From contig MU053873.1 of assembly GCA_013239625.1 (NCBI GenBank), positions 2,308,524-2,372,523 of the forward strand: DNA of 64,000 nt. Reading direction: 5' to 3'. Positions within the stretch are counted from its first letter, which is position 1; every line of letters starts with the position of its first letter. This DNA comes from Lama guanicoe (taxonomy: Eukaryota). Both the position numbers and the translations under genes were made by a program. This document shows positions 49,596 to 62,249 of the stretch, piece by piece. The notes below the pieces were generated by a model. The model worked only from the letters and a program-made list of their open reading frames with translations, ran no database searches and was not told where the DNA came from.

Positions 49596-49770
49596 GAGGA
49601 CAAGCTGCAAAACTGCGGGGCTGGTACAAAATGAAAACGTGGGATTGCTGGGAAAAAAATTATTAAGACTTTCAAGAGGGTGCCAGTCAAGCATAAAACC
49701 AAGTGCGGGGCCCTTCTGAGTGCTGGGTCCTCCGTAACTGCAGAGGTCACGGACCCTGGACACTCCCCCT
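49596..49770 (-). mobile_element. MER45A (hAT-Tip100) MITE
   Basis: tgcggggctggtacaaaatgaaaa...aaaaattattaagactttcaaga...aaaccaagtgcggggcccttctgagtgc. Confidence 0.85.
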
Positions 49771-49879
49771 CATCTAAGGGACGCCCCAGCGTTACACTGC
49801 AGGGGTACAGAGAGGGTTAACAGACACTCTCCCCTCTCCCCAGGTCCTGCTGAGATAAAACCACCATTGGGAGACCCAG

Positions 49880-50170
49880 GACAATCTTTATGTGGGATTA
49901 GAAAACAAAAATCAATATTTAATTATCTGTAAGCTTTTTGTGTCACTGAATCTTTAGCACCCTAACCGGGGGCACAGGCTGCCGCGGCAAAAGTAAGTCA
50001 TTAAAGACGCAGGATCGCCGGACATCCCTTTGGAGAGCTGGGCCATAAATAGAGCACATTATCAGTCCTCACATGCTGGTATTGTTATTTATCTTTACAA
50101 TCTCTATTTACCTCTATTTATAGCAGAATTCCCCCATATATTATGAGGCCAGGTTAACTTTAACGGACTT
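49880..50170. promoter_or_regulatory. Candidate enhancer with a canonical MEF2 site
   Basis: CTATTTATAG at 50114-50123 matches CTA(A/T)4TAG; GGCCATAAAT at 50041-50050; repeat-free with retained CpGs. Confidence 0.5.
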
Positions 50171-50499
50171 CTTGAAAAGAGGTACTTAAAACTTTGGAAC
50201 ATGCTTATGTGGACAGATGGTGAGGTTTTCAGAAGCTATGGGGCCCAGAAGGCCGATTTGAAGGGTGTTGATTTTTTTTTTTTTGCTTCTTTTTTCATTG
50301 CCTGTACTCTCTTGCATGCAGGCTGCCCAGAGTCCTCCAGCCCTGGCATGGTGGCTACATCCAGAATGCAAACGGATGGGAGACAGGGCTAGAAAACCCT
50401 GGCCCTGGCCCTTCAGGTCTTACCTGTAAGTGGGCTTTTTCATTTCCCAGGTGGACAGCAAAGTTACCTTTCCGAAGGCTGGAAGCCTTTGCTTTGCCA

Positions 50500-50990
50500 G
50501 AGAAACCCTCGCTGGGGCTTGTACTTCACCATCGTATTCTGCACTTGGTCATACTGGGTTATAATAGTCTGTTCAGTGACCTGCCTCCCCCATGAGACTG
50601 CTATCTCCTCTGGGCAGGGACAAAGCCTGAGCCACCTGGGGATTCGCACCGCCTATTCACAATTCACAACTTCCCGCACAGAGTAGAGGCACGATCAATG
50701 TGAGCGGATAGACGAGGAAAACAGCAAAGAGCTTAAGACCTTAAGCTTTAAGGTCTTAGGACCTTTAAGAGCTTAAAATCAGCATTGGGCTGATCTGGGT
50801 CTGAAAGTCTTCCCTGGAACTTGCTACCTAGGGGACTTTGGGCAAGTTAATTAGCTTCTTGGAGCCTCAGTTTACTCATCTGTAATGTGGGGCTGAAAAT
50901 AGTGCCTACTTCATAGGGTTGCTGGGAGAAGTCAATAAATGGAGCAGGTGACAGGCATAGCCCAGGGCCTGCTACAGAAAACACACATGA
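50500..50990 (+). mobile_element. L2 3' end followed by a MIR
   Basis: gactgctatctcctctgggcagggaca (L2); gactttgggcaagttaattagcttcttggagcctcagtttactcatctgtaatgtgggg...gtgcctacttcatagggttgct (MIR). Confidence 0.8.
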
Positions 50991-51199
50991 GCTGATTTCG
51001 GGTCATTAATCCTAGGACCTACACACCTGTCTACAACTCACATGAAAGAGTAAAAGTGAATGAATAAATGAATGAGTGGATGCCCAGAGGGATGAATGAA
51101 TGAAAACATGGGAAAGGCCTTCCTCAGAAGCAGAGCTGAGACCAGAATGTAATCTAGGGAAAGGTCAGAGGCATTTCTGTTTATTAATTTCAAAAATAA

Positions 51200-52640
51200 G
51201 TCAGTCTAGGAACAGACCTGAGGATTTGTAAAAATCTGCATGTACTCCAGGTAGCATTTCAGCTCAGCTGGGAAAAGATTATTCCACAAATAGCACTGGG
51301 ACAATTGGTTAACCATTAAAGGACAAAATTAGAGTTAAATTTTCTGTTGCTTCGTGGCCGTTCAGCAAAATCAATTCCTGATGGATTGGAGTTTACCATA
51401 AAACATAAAACTCTGTGACCCCAGATGAAAATGTGGGTTAGTAATTTGTGACTTCAAGCAGGGAAAATGTTTGTAACTATAAAAATAAAATAATGAGTTC
51501 TAAAAGAAAACACAGATTGATTAAACTCCACAAAAATGAAAATATTTACAGTTTAAAAAATAAAAAACAAAATACACTGGGAAAATTATTTGCTTCGTAT
51601 ACACCTGGCAAAGGGTTAACAGACACATTATCTAAAGAGTTCTTGGATATTATTAAGAAAACATAGAACAAAAGTAAATAGGAAATAAAAACAAGCATCT
51701 AAATGTGAAATTAATCAGAGAGGGCACAGCAATGACCAAAGAAGCACATCAAGATAAACAAGCTAAACTTCACTCACAATGAAGGAAATACAATTTACAA
51801 GAACAGAGACAGCTTTAAATGGTCAAATCAGCGCATTTTTCTTTAATGAAAACACAGTGCTTGTGAGGATGTTGCAAAATAGGCACTTTTGAACACTGTG
51901 GGTATCATCTTTATAGAGCACAAGAATAAATACTTTCGTGTGTTGCCTCGAGGTTTTGTGGCCATTTGAACCAGGTTCTGCCTGAGTCCAATTTGTGTGT
52001 GTGTTATGCATGGAGACTTTGTGTAGTAGCTTTGTGTGAGTGTTGAGAGAGACAGTTTTGATACGATGTCCCTCTATCAGTTTCCTCTCACTGGGAGTGT
52101 AAATGGGTCTTTTTTTTCTTAGAGAACACTTAGCAGCACTCACCAAAATTTTAATTATGTTACATTTTCAGAAATCTACTTTACAGCAATACTTGCACAG
52201 GGGCTTAGAGACAGATTTTCATTGAGGACCACTGCAACATTGTTAAGCACAGTGTGGAAGAGAATTGGGGGGAAAAAACCCAATTACCCAACAAGAAGGG
52301 AATGGGTCAGTAACCCAAAATGGCTATGTTTGTAAGTAAAAAATGGTAGCATATTTACAATTTCAGCCTAATATATCCATATAACAGAATACTATGCAGC
52401 CATTAAAAAGAAGGAGGCAGTTTACAGTCGCAGTATTATAGGAACATGTTTGGGCAAACTGTTAAAAGAGAGAAACTTTCTAGACAGCACATGTATCATG
52501 ATCTAATGTATGTAACTAATTTAATTTTGTATATTTCAAAGGACTCAAACAGGGTGGTTTAGAGAAGTGGTCTCTTTTTACTCTATGGCTTTCTGCATGA
52601 TTTAACTTGTGACTTTTTGTTTCGCTAGAATTAGCTTCTA
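51200..52640 (+). mobile_element. Decayed L1ME LINE (ORF2 3' part and 3' UTR)
   Basis: attattccacaaatagcactgggacaattggttaacc...aaaatcaattcctgatggatt...ctgggaaaattatttgc...cagaatactatgcagccattaaaaaga. Confidence 0.85.
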
Positions 52641-52999
52641 TACCTTATATGTCTGCCCAGGTAGCCCTATGATCAAGGCCCTACAGGTCAGCCTGTGATT
52701 GTTTCTAAGCACGACCTCATCAAACACACTTCAAGGACTTCCAGGGCCAGGAAGGCAACACTGAACATCTCAGCCTGGCCAGTGAGGCCTCCTGTGTCCT
52801 GGCCCCTACACATCCCCCTCAACCCCCATCAAGCCTCACAGTTTTCCACATTCCCACACTGCCTCTTACCCCAAACTTTCCCCATCCTGTGCCTTCTGCC
52901 TGGAATGCCTTTCCCTGCCTTGCCCACCTGGAAATCTCCATGAAGGTTCAGATAATATCTTTCATGAGAAGCCTTGCCTAATGTTCTAGTCTGCAGCAT

Positions 53000-53225
53000 G
53001 TGACTCACCAGGGCGATTTTTTTAAACTGAGGTGAAATTTACATAGCATAAAAAAAAAAACAGGATAAAGTGTAGAGTTCAATAGCATTTTTAACATCTA
53101 GAGTCCCAAGCCTTGACCTAAACCTCCTGCCTTGAAAGCTCTGGGGTTGGCACTAGCAACTTACACTTTTAATAAAGTTCCCAGTTAATTATTGCACACA
53201 CCAAAGTTTAATCATCACTGCCCTA
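53000..53225. mobile_element. MER5-type MITE interrupted by a short antisense L1 3' tail (about 53016-53095)
   Basis: tcaccagggcga[ttttttttaaactgaggtgaaatttacatagcataaaa...]...ttttaataaagttcccagttaattattgcacacaccaaagttt. Confidence 0.6.
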
Positions 53226-54069
53226 GCATCTTGCCCTTCTGTCTATTAGCACATGACTATTTGTTTTCCTGCCTATTTACTTATAAGCCAGAGACTATGA
53301 GAATCTGCATAAGGATAAGTAATAAAGCAGTAGATAGAGATGTGTACACATATTGAAAAATGCACGGATGTAATTGCTTTTATGACCATACTGAATAAAT
53401 TGTATTGCATCCCAATAATAATACGTTTTGCAAACTGTAAAGCTCTATCCAGAAGGAGGAGGTAGGTAAAATGCCTCTCCATCTTATCCTACTGTCAGAG
53501 TGAGCCGGTAGCCAGCAACCGGTACCTCAGCCCTTGCTGGAACCTGAGGAATGCTCTCAACTGGGGATTTGTTCCTTCCTCTTTCTGGCACTGACTGGTG
53601 TTGACTATTGCCAGGAAGAAAAAGTCTTGGGCCACCCTGCCGCTCTGGCCATAGAAGATCAGAGCTAAGTCTTAGGTGCAGGGATGTCTGCTTTCAGCGC
53701 TTTCCAAAATCCCATGCAGGGATGTCACTGAGCGGAGCCTGAAGGCCCAGGATGTTGGCAGGTCCAGCACGGCTCCCTGGACATAGTGGGTGGGGACTGT
53801 CTCTGATGTGGAGATTCGGTCTCCGTCTCAGAAGCCTGATCCATCTGGCTGTTCTCCATCCTCAGCCAAGGACCCGCTGCCTTCTGGGAGCCTGTGGGGT
53901 GGGAGTACGAGAAGGAGAGGAGGAGGGTGACAGCTGGGGCTGGGAGCGGGGGGAGGGGAGTAAGGGTCCCTCTCCAAAAGCCATTGATTAATTTCAAAAT
54001 TGGGATGTTCTCGTTTCCTTGTGAACTGGACGACAGCGCGGAGAAAATTTCAGCACGCATGCCACACAC

Positions 54070-54895
54070 AGAGGGCACAGTGGGTAAGAGCATTGGACTC
54101 AGGCAGAACCTGGTTCAAATCTCATACCACTTCCTGGCTGTGTTATTGCGGGCAAGTTACCTGCCCTTTCTGAGTCCTTGATTTTTCCATAAAATACACC
54201 TCAGAGAATTTTTTTTTGTAAGCTTTAAATTACATAGTATCGGTGAAAGGCTTTGTGCAGTGGTTGGGAAAAAAGAAAACATCAGATCAATACATGCTAA
54301 TTATCTCCAGGACCATCTCTCTCCTTGAAAGGACAGCTTTGTTTTACACAACTGTAAAGTGCCTAAGCAAGGCAACAGGGAAGCGGCTCTGAGAGCGGAA
54401 TCAGAGACCTGGCTTCATCTCTGCACCTGCTACACAACTTGGGGCAGGTCCTTTCCATTCCTTCCTCTGCAAATTGGAGGAAGAGCCCAGTAGAGTGAGG
54501 AGGACCACAGGCCGGCACCTTTCAAGGGTCAGATGTATCAGCCCCATTTCTCAGATGAGCATACTGAGGCTCAGAGAGGTGAAGTTAGTTGCATAAAGCA
54601 ATGTAACTCCAGGAAGAGCTGGGATTCCAGCAAGGCATGTCTGACTCCCTCATCCACTCTCTCTCTTCACCTCGGTTTGCCTTTCGATAGTAATAATCGT
54701 CACCACCATCGATGTAGCCCTTCCCCTGTGTCCAGCACCTCTTTAAAGACTTCACACTGTTCATCTTCTTTCATCCTAACAAGCCGGTGAGGTGGGCTCT
54801 GTAAGCCCCCACTTCCCAGATGAGCACACTGAGGCTCAGGTACTAAATGGGAGTCAGAGTTTGAACCAAGGACTGAGACTGTGTCCCAAGGAACT
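54070..54895. mobile_element. Cluster of four MIR fragments (two +, two -)
   Basis: cagtgggtaagagcattggactcaggcagaacctggttcaaatc; cccatttctcagatgagcatactgaggctcagagaggtgaag; cagatgagcacactgaggctcagg. Confidence 0.8.
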
Positions 54896-55149
54896 GCCCT
54901 CCACTCACTTCTTTCCTCTCTTTCTCCTTTCCTTCAGTGACGCACCAGGTGTGAAGACAGCACTGAACCTGCTAAGTGAGTCAGGCAAGGCAAGAAACAG
55001 CGGCATCTCCCATCCCTTCTGCAGACAGGAAAGGAGGGAGTGAAAAGTGCCTGCAGAGGGAAGCACACAGCTTACTGCACGTTCGCTGCAACCCTGGCTT
55101 TTTTTCTTTTTGAACCACCACCTCCATCGCTTCCCCAGTCATCCCAGTT

Positions 55150-55410
55150 AGGAACCACGACCAGAAGCTTCCGCCGTAAATAAGTTGCGCAAATTTCACA
55201 GATGCCCCCAGGAAACTCGAGCTGGGAAACGGCTCAGCAGATGTCTAAATGGTTAATTGACTTAATTGCTGGGAGTTGGGCGATTAGCTCACTTGATCCA
55301 CCCCAGTGGCCACAAAACGTCCTTAATGCTGTTCAGTTTATTTGTATGTTAAGCTCCGGTTACTATGACGGGGAACTTTTCAATTGCTGATTACCCTAGA
55401 AATATACCAC
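55150..55410. promoter_or_regulatory. Candidate conserved non-coding enhancer
   Basis: GTAAATA at 55176-55182, TTGCGCAA at 55185-55192, CAGATG at 55199 and 55238, tandem TTAATTG at 55253-55259 and 55262-55268. Confidence 0.5.
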
Positions 55411-55494
55411 TGCAGTCATAGGAAAGGAAAGGGCTGGCAGCCTCTCAAGAAAGGCTTTTCAGGGAACCATGAAGGGTGCTGTCCATTCTCTCAC

Positions 55495-56400
55495 GTGACA
55501 ATTGCTTATCGCACACCGGCTATGTGCCGAGTCCTCTAGAGGTCCTGGAGATGGAGTACTGAGCAAATCAGATGAAATCTCTGCCCTCATGGGGCGTGCA
55601 TTCCGCAGGAGGACGTGGGTAGTGGCTAAGTAAATACACACATGTGTACGATAGCTTTAGACAAGGACTAGGAAGAAAATAAAACAGAATGAGGGAACGG
55701 GATGAGCAAAGAAAGACTTCGCTTGGGCGAGAGTGGTCAGGGAAGGGCTCACTGGGGACTGGTGTTCGGGTTAAGGTAGAAATGAGAAATAGAAACTTCC
55801 TCTGCCAAGATGCAGGAACAGTGCTGGAGGTGGGTGACGGGGGGTAGTGGGGTGCAGCAAAGACCCTAAGGCTGAAATGGGCTTATCCCGCCTGAGAAAT
55901 AGAAGGGAGGCCAGCACACCCGGAGCACAGCATGTGCAGGTGAGACTGGTTCAGGATGAGAGGTGGAGATGGAGGCAGAGGCCAGGCGTGCAGGGTCATA
56001 GCAAGGAATTTGGATGTTTTTTTTTCCCTAAGTGCGATGGAAGGGCGTTGCATGATTTGATTTATGTCTTAAAAGTTCACTCTGGCTGCTGGGTGAAGAG
56101 TGGATTATGAGTGCCGGTGGGGGTGGGGAGGGGAAGGGGGAGGAGGAGGGAGAGAAGAGGGAGGACAAGAAAGGAAGCTGGGTGGCTAGTGAGGAAGCAT
56201 CTTTGGCTACCCAGGTGAGAGAAGCAGCCTTGGAACCGGGTTACAGCAGAGCAGATGGAGACCCACGGATCTTTGCAGGAGGGAATACTGGGGAAGGAGA
56301 TGGGGTAAGACTTCGTTTAGAATACACACAGACTCCTGGGATTTTAGCTTTGGCCTTGGGATGACAGTGGTGCCATTTAGCAAGACAGTTAACACCCGGT
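55495..56400 (-). mobile_element. L2 LINE, about 0.9 kb
   Basis: ctatgtgccgagtcctctagaggtcctggagat...tctgccctcatggggcgtgcattc...gtggtcagggaagggctcactg...aaaagttcactctggctgctgggtg. Confidence 0.85.
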
Positions 56401-57315
56401 GAGAAGCACTTAGGCAGAAAGATTCATATGTCTTTGAAAAGAACAATTTGGTCTCAGCCAAAGGAAAGATACTGGAGTCCAGGAGACCAGGGGAGAAAGT
56501 ATTGCTAAAACCCAGACGAGGCGTGACTGCAGCGTGAGCCGGGGCCAGCCATGGAATGGCGAGTCATTACCACTTGGATATTTAACCTAACACGGGGTGA
56601 AGGTTCTGCAGCAAACACGCGACGGTCGAACCCATGCAGTACAAGACCTGAAAACAGAGGCCTCCATTCTGTCATATCCCAAATTATCACCCGCAGCCCC
56701 ATCTTAATCCTTCTGATGTTGGGTGGAGGTGAAGGGAGGATGGATCAAAATTAGAATTATATCAAGCAGAAAATAATCTTCGGTCTGGGTTGCGCTGATA
56801 AAAAAAATAGGCAGAATTCATAATTACCATATAAAACTGTTTATGTTTGTGATTATATGTTACTGCCACCTCCAGGTCCTGGCAGCAAATGACTTAATTG
56901 CTTTAGGCTGAGCTGGGGCCTGGGAGCAGAAGGAGTGTGCACAATGCAGGCAGAGAACCTCTTGTCTCTACTTCCCACCCCCAAGTTGGATTCTGGGTGT
57001 TGCCCTGGTTCCTCCAGCAGCACCTGTCAGACACGGTAGCCACTGCCTTTGTCCTGGTCTATCTGTCAAAAGGTGGAGTAAGGCTGCCATTGGGGATCTT
57101 GGAGTTCAGTGGGATGCCAGGTTCTGGGCTGAAGAGGGAAGGAAGAAGATGCTGGTTCCAAGGCAACAGGACATCAGAAACTGGCACATCTACAAAGCAT
57201 TGTGTGTCTTAATTGCCTGTTGGCCCCTGAGCCTGGGCACCCCAAGAGGACCAAACCTCACCAATTTGCTCACCAACCTATGTTGGTGCCTAGTGCTTGG
57301 CACGGTGGAGGTGCC

Positions 57316-57742
57316 TGTCTGAGTTTGAGCTCCTCCAGAAACAGGCCCTGAGACAAAGCCTTCAGCACACGTGGATGATTGCAGGAGGCACGTGTATGGG
57401 AGCGGGGAAACAGAACGGGATGGAGAAGACATCACGGTGGGGTTACTACCATGGGCCACTGGAGCCCAACCCTGCTGGGGATCTCTGGGAGACAGAATGG
57501 AACTGAGTGAAGAGGAGAGCTAAGGTTTTGTTCATCAACTCCCACACTGTAGGGTGGAGGCAGGCGGGAGACAAGGGCTTGTTAATTCCATTTCACCATG
57601 TCCAAGGGCAGAGAAAGCTTCAGTGCCCAGAGAAACCCTTGAGCAAAGAGACACACATGTTGACAGTGGGAAGTTGGGCTGGAAGGTTCTGGAAAGCTCA
57701 AGCCAAGGAGGTACAGGCAGGCCAGCAACAGCATCTCCAACA
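57316..57742 (-). mobile_element. LTR33-like (ERVL) solo LTR
   Basis: tgtctgagtttgagctcctccagaaacaggccctgagacaaag...ccactggagcccaaccctgctggggatctctgggagacag...caacagcatctccaaca. Confidence 0.8.
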
Positions 57743-58019
57743 GACCCCAAAAAATAGTATTAAATTAACTGAGAAAATGGGTAATGAATGAATGGTCTCT
57801 GAGTTTGGGACCCTCCAAGAACTCAGCACCCAGCCAACTTCACTTTGTCAGCTCTCACTCCTGGAAGTCACTACCTTTGGGCCCCCAGGGAAGTCTTTTA
57901 GTCTCTTTGTGCCTCAGTTTCCCCACTGTCAAAATGGTGGTAATTCTGTTAACTTGATGATCGTTAAGGACATTCAGTATGAAATGCCATTTCGCGCATT
58001 AGCGTTAACCCTTTCCTTT

Positions 58020-59112
58020 CCACCACTGAACAATATTCCACTGTATGGATACATCGCATTTTGTTTATCCATTCATCAGTTGATGGACATGCGAGTTGCT
58101 TCCACATTGTGGCTGCTATGAACATTCATGTCCACGTTTTGTGAGGGGTGTGTGTTGTCATTTTTGTTGGGTGATGTGGTAAGGTTACGGCTGACGTACG
58201 GAGGAGCTACCAGACTGCTTTGCAAAGGGTTGTGTCATTTTATATTCCCACCAGTAGTGTATGAGGTTCCAATCTCTCCACATCTTCATCACTACTTGCT
58301 ATTGTCTGTCTTTTTTATTACAGCCGTTTAAATGGTTTTGACTTGTATTTTCCTACTGACTAATGATGCTGAGTGTCTTTCCATGTTCTTACTGGCCATT
58401 TATGTATGTTCTTTGGGGAAATGCCTGCTCAAATCCTTTGCTCATTTTTTCAGTTGGGTTGCCCTTGCATAATCCTTGCACATTTTTGCATATTCTAGAT
58501 ACTAATTCCTTATTAGACATATGATTTGCAACTAATCTCTTCCCTCTGTGGATTATCCTTGCAATTCATCTTCTTCTGTTGCATTTCTTTCTTTTAATTG
58601 AGACTTAATTGACATATAACATTATATTAGTTTCAGGTGCACAACATAATGACTCAATATTTGTATACATCATGAAACAATCACTGCAGTAAGTTTAGTT
58701 AACATCCATCCTCATCTTCTCACTTTCTTGATAATATCATTTGCAGCATAAAATTTCTAATTTTGATGAAGTCCAATTGGTCTATTTTTTATTTTGTATC
58801 TTCTGCTTTTGGTATCATATCTAAGAAATCATTACCTAATCCAGGGTCATGAGGACTTACTCCTACATTTTCTTCTAAGTGTTTTATAATTTTGAGTCTC
58901 ACATTTAGGTCTATGATCCATCTTGAGTTAAGTTTAATTCTTTTGCATGTAGATATCCATTTCCCCAGCACCGTTTGTTGGAAAGACTATTTTCTCCATT
59001 TAGTTTTCTTGGCATCTTTATAGGAAAGAAATTAATCACAGATGTTTACTTCTGGACTCTCAATCCTATTCCATTGATCGATACTTCTGTTCTTGTGTCA
59101 GTATCATACTGT
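58020..59112 (-). mobile_element. L1MA/MB-type LINE fragment with a nested younger L1 3' tail (about 58590-58715)
   Basis: tttgtttatccattcatcagttgatggacat...ttcccaccagtagtgtatgaggttccaatctctccacatc...tttgatgaagtccaatt. ORF 58789..58971 (LGKWISTCKRIKL..RWIIDLNVR) is L1 ORF2-like. Confidence 0.9.
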
Positions 59113-59704
59113 CCACACCCTTCTCAAGTGGTATCAAATCCTGCCTCCAGATATTATTTTCCATGCTGCTGTCTGAGCTCTCAGACTAGAATACCCACAC
59201 ACAGCGGTACAGGACATCATCTTGGCAATGAGTTATGATCTAACTTCATGCTGTGTGACTCTGAGTCACAGACTTAACCTTTCTGAGTCTGCGTTTCACA
59301 GAGCTTTACTTATAAAAAATAATAATAGTGCCATCTTTCCTGCAGCACTTCATACTCACTTCTTTCTTCCCTCTCCTACCTTTGAAGACAGAGACTATGG
59401 CTCATTTATCACTGTACCAGCACACTGTCTGACACAGAGTAAACACTGAGTATGCGTTCATGGAATGAGTGAATGGCTCGTCTTGTCAGGGAACTGGGAG
59501 GACACGGTTTCCAATGTACTCACACCACTGGTTCTAAATAAACAGTGACTTGGCGGCAGCTGAGAGATCAGGTTTCCTGTTCCTGCTTTGTCTTGCTGGC
59601 AAGGCATTAACCTCCCCCTCTCCCTCCCTCACACCTCCATCCTGGATGGAGGCTCAGAGCCGCCTGCCTCCTCCCCTGCAAGCTTGGAGCCTTCTCTCAG
59701 GGAT

Positions 59705-60279
59705 CAGAGGTTCTTAAACTTCCAGGGTGCACAGCAGCCTTAGCATTCCAGAATTGTTCCACCAAAAGAAATCCCTTATCACTCTGTGTATTAGGTATTT
59801 AGGTGCAAACTTAAAGAGCAAGGAGGTCCTAACCACTTAGCAGGAATTTGAACAAATCATATAAGTTGATAGAAGAATAATATTTTTATTTCAGCCTTAA
59901 ACAAACACAGTTACTATCTATTTCGATAGTATATGCCTACTGGGCTCTGCACAGCTTCTGAAATCTCAGGACCGGATTGGACTCTGCCACCTTCACTTCC
60001 TGTTCCACGCTGATTTTGGCGCAGACTTTGCATTTTATCACAGAAACCACCAAAAACCCAGGTCACCAAGATATGACATCAGCCAAAGGTATGTGATTTT
60101 TTTTTGCTCTCATGCTGGGACTGGGAGTGACCTCAAGCTACCAGTGCATTGTGATGTTCGAGAGATGCCAAGTATCGCTAGGACTACCCTGATAATTACA
60201 AATATCTCGCAACGTTCCTGTGAGTCTGCTGTGGCACCCAGGCCACAGGGTGCCTTGGCTCACAGTTTGGGAACTGCAG
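59705..60279 (-). mobile_element. Near full-length MER119 (hAT-Charlie) element
   Basis: Termini cagaggttcttaaactt and cacagtttgggaactgcag; internal gcacagcttctgaaat...cttcctgttccacgctgatttt...ttttatcacag...aagatatgacatc. Confidence 0.85.
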
Positions 60280-61069
60280 CCCCCGAGGAGAGAGCCCATG
60301 AACTGGCTCTTGAGAACTTCCCTGGGGTTCCAGCTCTGCTAGGGTGTAACCTTGAGCCAGTCACTTCCCATTCTGGGCCTCAGTTTCCCTCCATCCTTGC
60401 AAAACCAGCCCTCTGCCACGTCCAATATCTTTTCATTATCATCATCGTCACCATCAGAGGCACCTTTGATAACGAATGCTCAGTATGTGTCAGGCAACTT
60501 CCTCCTCACAACCGCTCTGGTGGAATCATCATCACTGACCCTACTTTACAGAGGAGGAAATTAAGGCTCCAAGGGGTTCAGTAACCTGGGCCTTACAGGC
60601 AGACAGTGGTACCTTTTGTTTCCCTCTCCACTGCCTGCCTTGGAAACTCTTCTCTGCCTCAGTGGGTAGGAAACCCTTTAAGAAGACTAATCAAGGTGAC
60701 CCCACAGCTTAAGGACAAATCACACGTTACATACTGACTCTCCAGGAACACAAACCCATCCGTCAGGATTTCAGGCCTGTGTTGCCAGTTCCCATGCTTC
60801 TAACAAAATCCCGGAGACTGCAGCCTGTGTATGAACTGAAAATTAAACCCCGTTCAGGTTAGCGAATAACTAGATACCAGCATGGGCAGTTCATTCTTGT
60901 GTTTCTCTGCGAAGACTCAACTATTTTACTTCTCTTTTGTTTGATTACATTGTAACCTTCAGCAGGTGGCTTACTGCCTTCAGGACAAAGTGAAAACTCT
61001 TGTGTAGTTTACAAGTCAGCCCCCACCTTCATCTTATGTCGCCGTCTATACCCCGGGCCCACTTCCCAC

Positions 61070-61505
61070 TTTTTAATAAATGGATCCACCTTCTGAAATC
61101 CTGATCGAGCACATGCCCTATGCCAGGCACTGTTCTAGGCCCTGGGGATGTAGCCGGCATGTATCTGCTCTCACAGAGTTGGTAGTCTAAGAGGAAGAGA
61201 GAGAGGGGGAGAGAGAAAGGGAGATCTCTGGGAAGGAGATTCAGCACATAATCTCTCAAGCTACCACAGCGTCCTGACTGTGACAGGCATCAGGGAAGAG
61301 AAGTGCAAGTGAGCTGAGATCTCATCTGAGCGGGCTCCCATCCTTACCTTATCGAGTTGCACTGTAACTACCTTTCCAATTAGACAATTACACATTACAC
61401 AAGACATTAGTCTTGATTGTCCTTGCACCCCTAACACAGGACTGGCACGTAATAGGTGTTCAATGAACCTACTGGGCACCTACTGCTAATGAATCAAATG
61501 AACAG
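61070..61505. mobile_element. Two L2 3' fragments (- then +)
   Basis: ctatgccaggcactgttctaggccctggggat (-); cccctaacacaggactggcacgtaataggtgttcaatga (+). Confidence 0.75.
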
Positions 61506-61556
61506 ATGCTCAGTGCAGAGGCAACACAAAAGAGAAAAAGAAAATTGCAGTCCCAC

Positions 61557-61579
61557 CACACACACACACACACACACAC
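61557..61579. repeat. (CA)n microsatellite
   Basis: Pure CA run. Confidence 0.95.
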
Positions 61580-62249
61580 CCCTGTGAGGGGTCCCTTTCC
61601 TACATTTCTCGTTTGCACTGGCACACTTGGGTTCTCTTTTAAAGAAGTATTTCATGTTGTACTTAGTGCTGTGCTTCCATCCACTTTGCTTTATGTCATG
61701 GGTGACCCACCCCACCCCCACCCCATACAGTGTTTAATCTGATGTGCCGGTTCCCATCCATCCATAGCGTCTGCCTTTACTGGAAAAGTCGCAAAGAGGA
61801 AATTAGGCTGTGATTGATTAATGATGTCTGCCCTGGACAGGGAAGTAGGGCATTTCAGGAGGGGAATCTGCTTTTGGAGACAAGGCTAAGAGTTTAGCTA
61901 ATAAAACTTCGCACAGACACAGCCGCTGGGAAGCCAGAGTATAGGACAGAAACCCCTTCTCTGATGGTTTGGCGTGAAATTCGGCCACATTCAGTGGTGG
62001 CCTCAGGGCTCAGGTATTCACCCACCTCAATCCTGCCTCCGTTCAAGGGTATTAACTCACTGGCACCTCCAGCCTGTCCTCTATTCGGTTGTGCAGGCTT
62101 TCAAGGCCAGGATGACACCTATACACAGAGAATCACGGGCTGTTCATAGCAAGGAGACGTCAGTATGAGAGTGGACGGGACATGGTGACGTGCTAACGAT
62201 CTCAGCAGTGACCCTGCTCATTTCCCTGTAGGACCTTAGAGTAAACGCC

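Noticed and set aside
59940..60100. Residual hAT transposase-like coding sequence in MER119
   Set aside because: A short decayed remnant inside a known non-autonomous element, with no intact frame.
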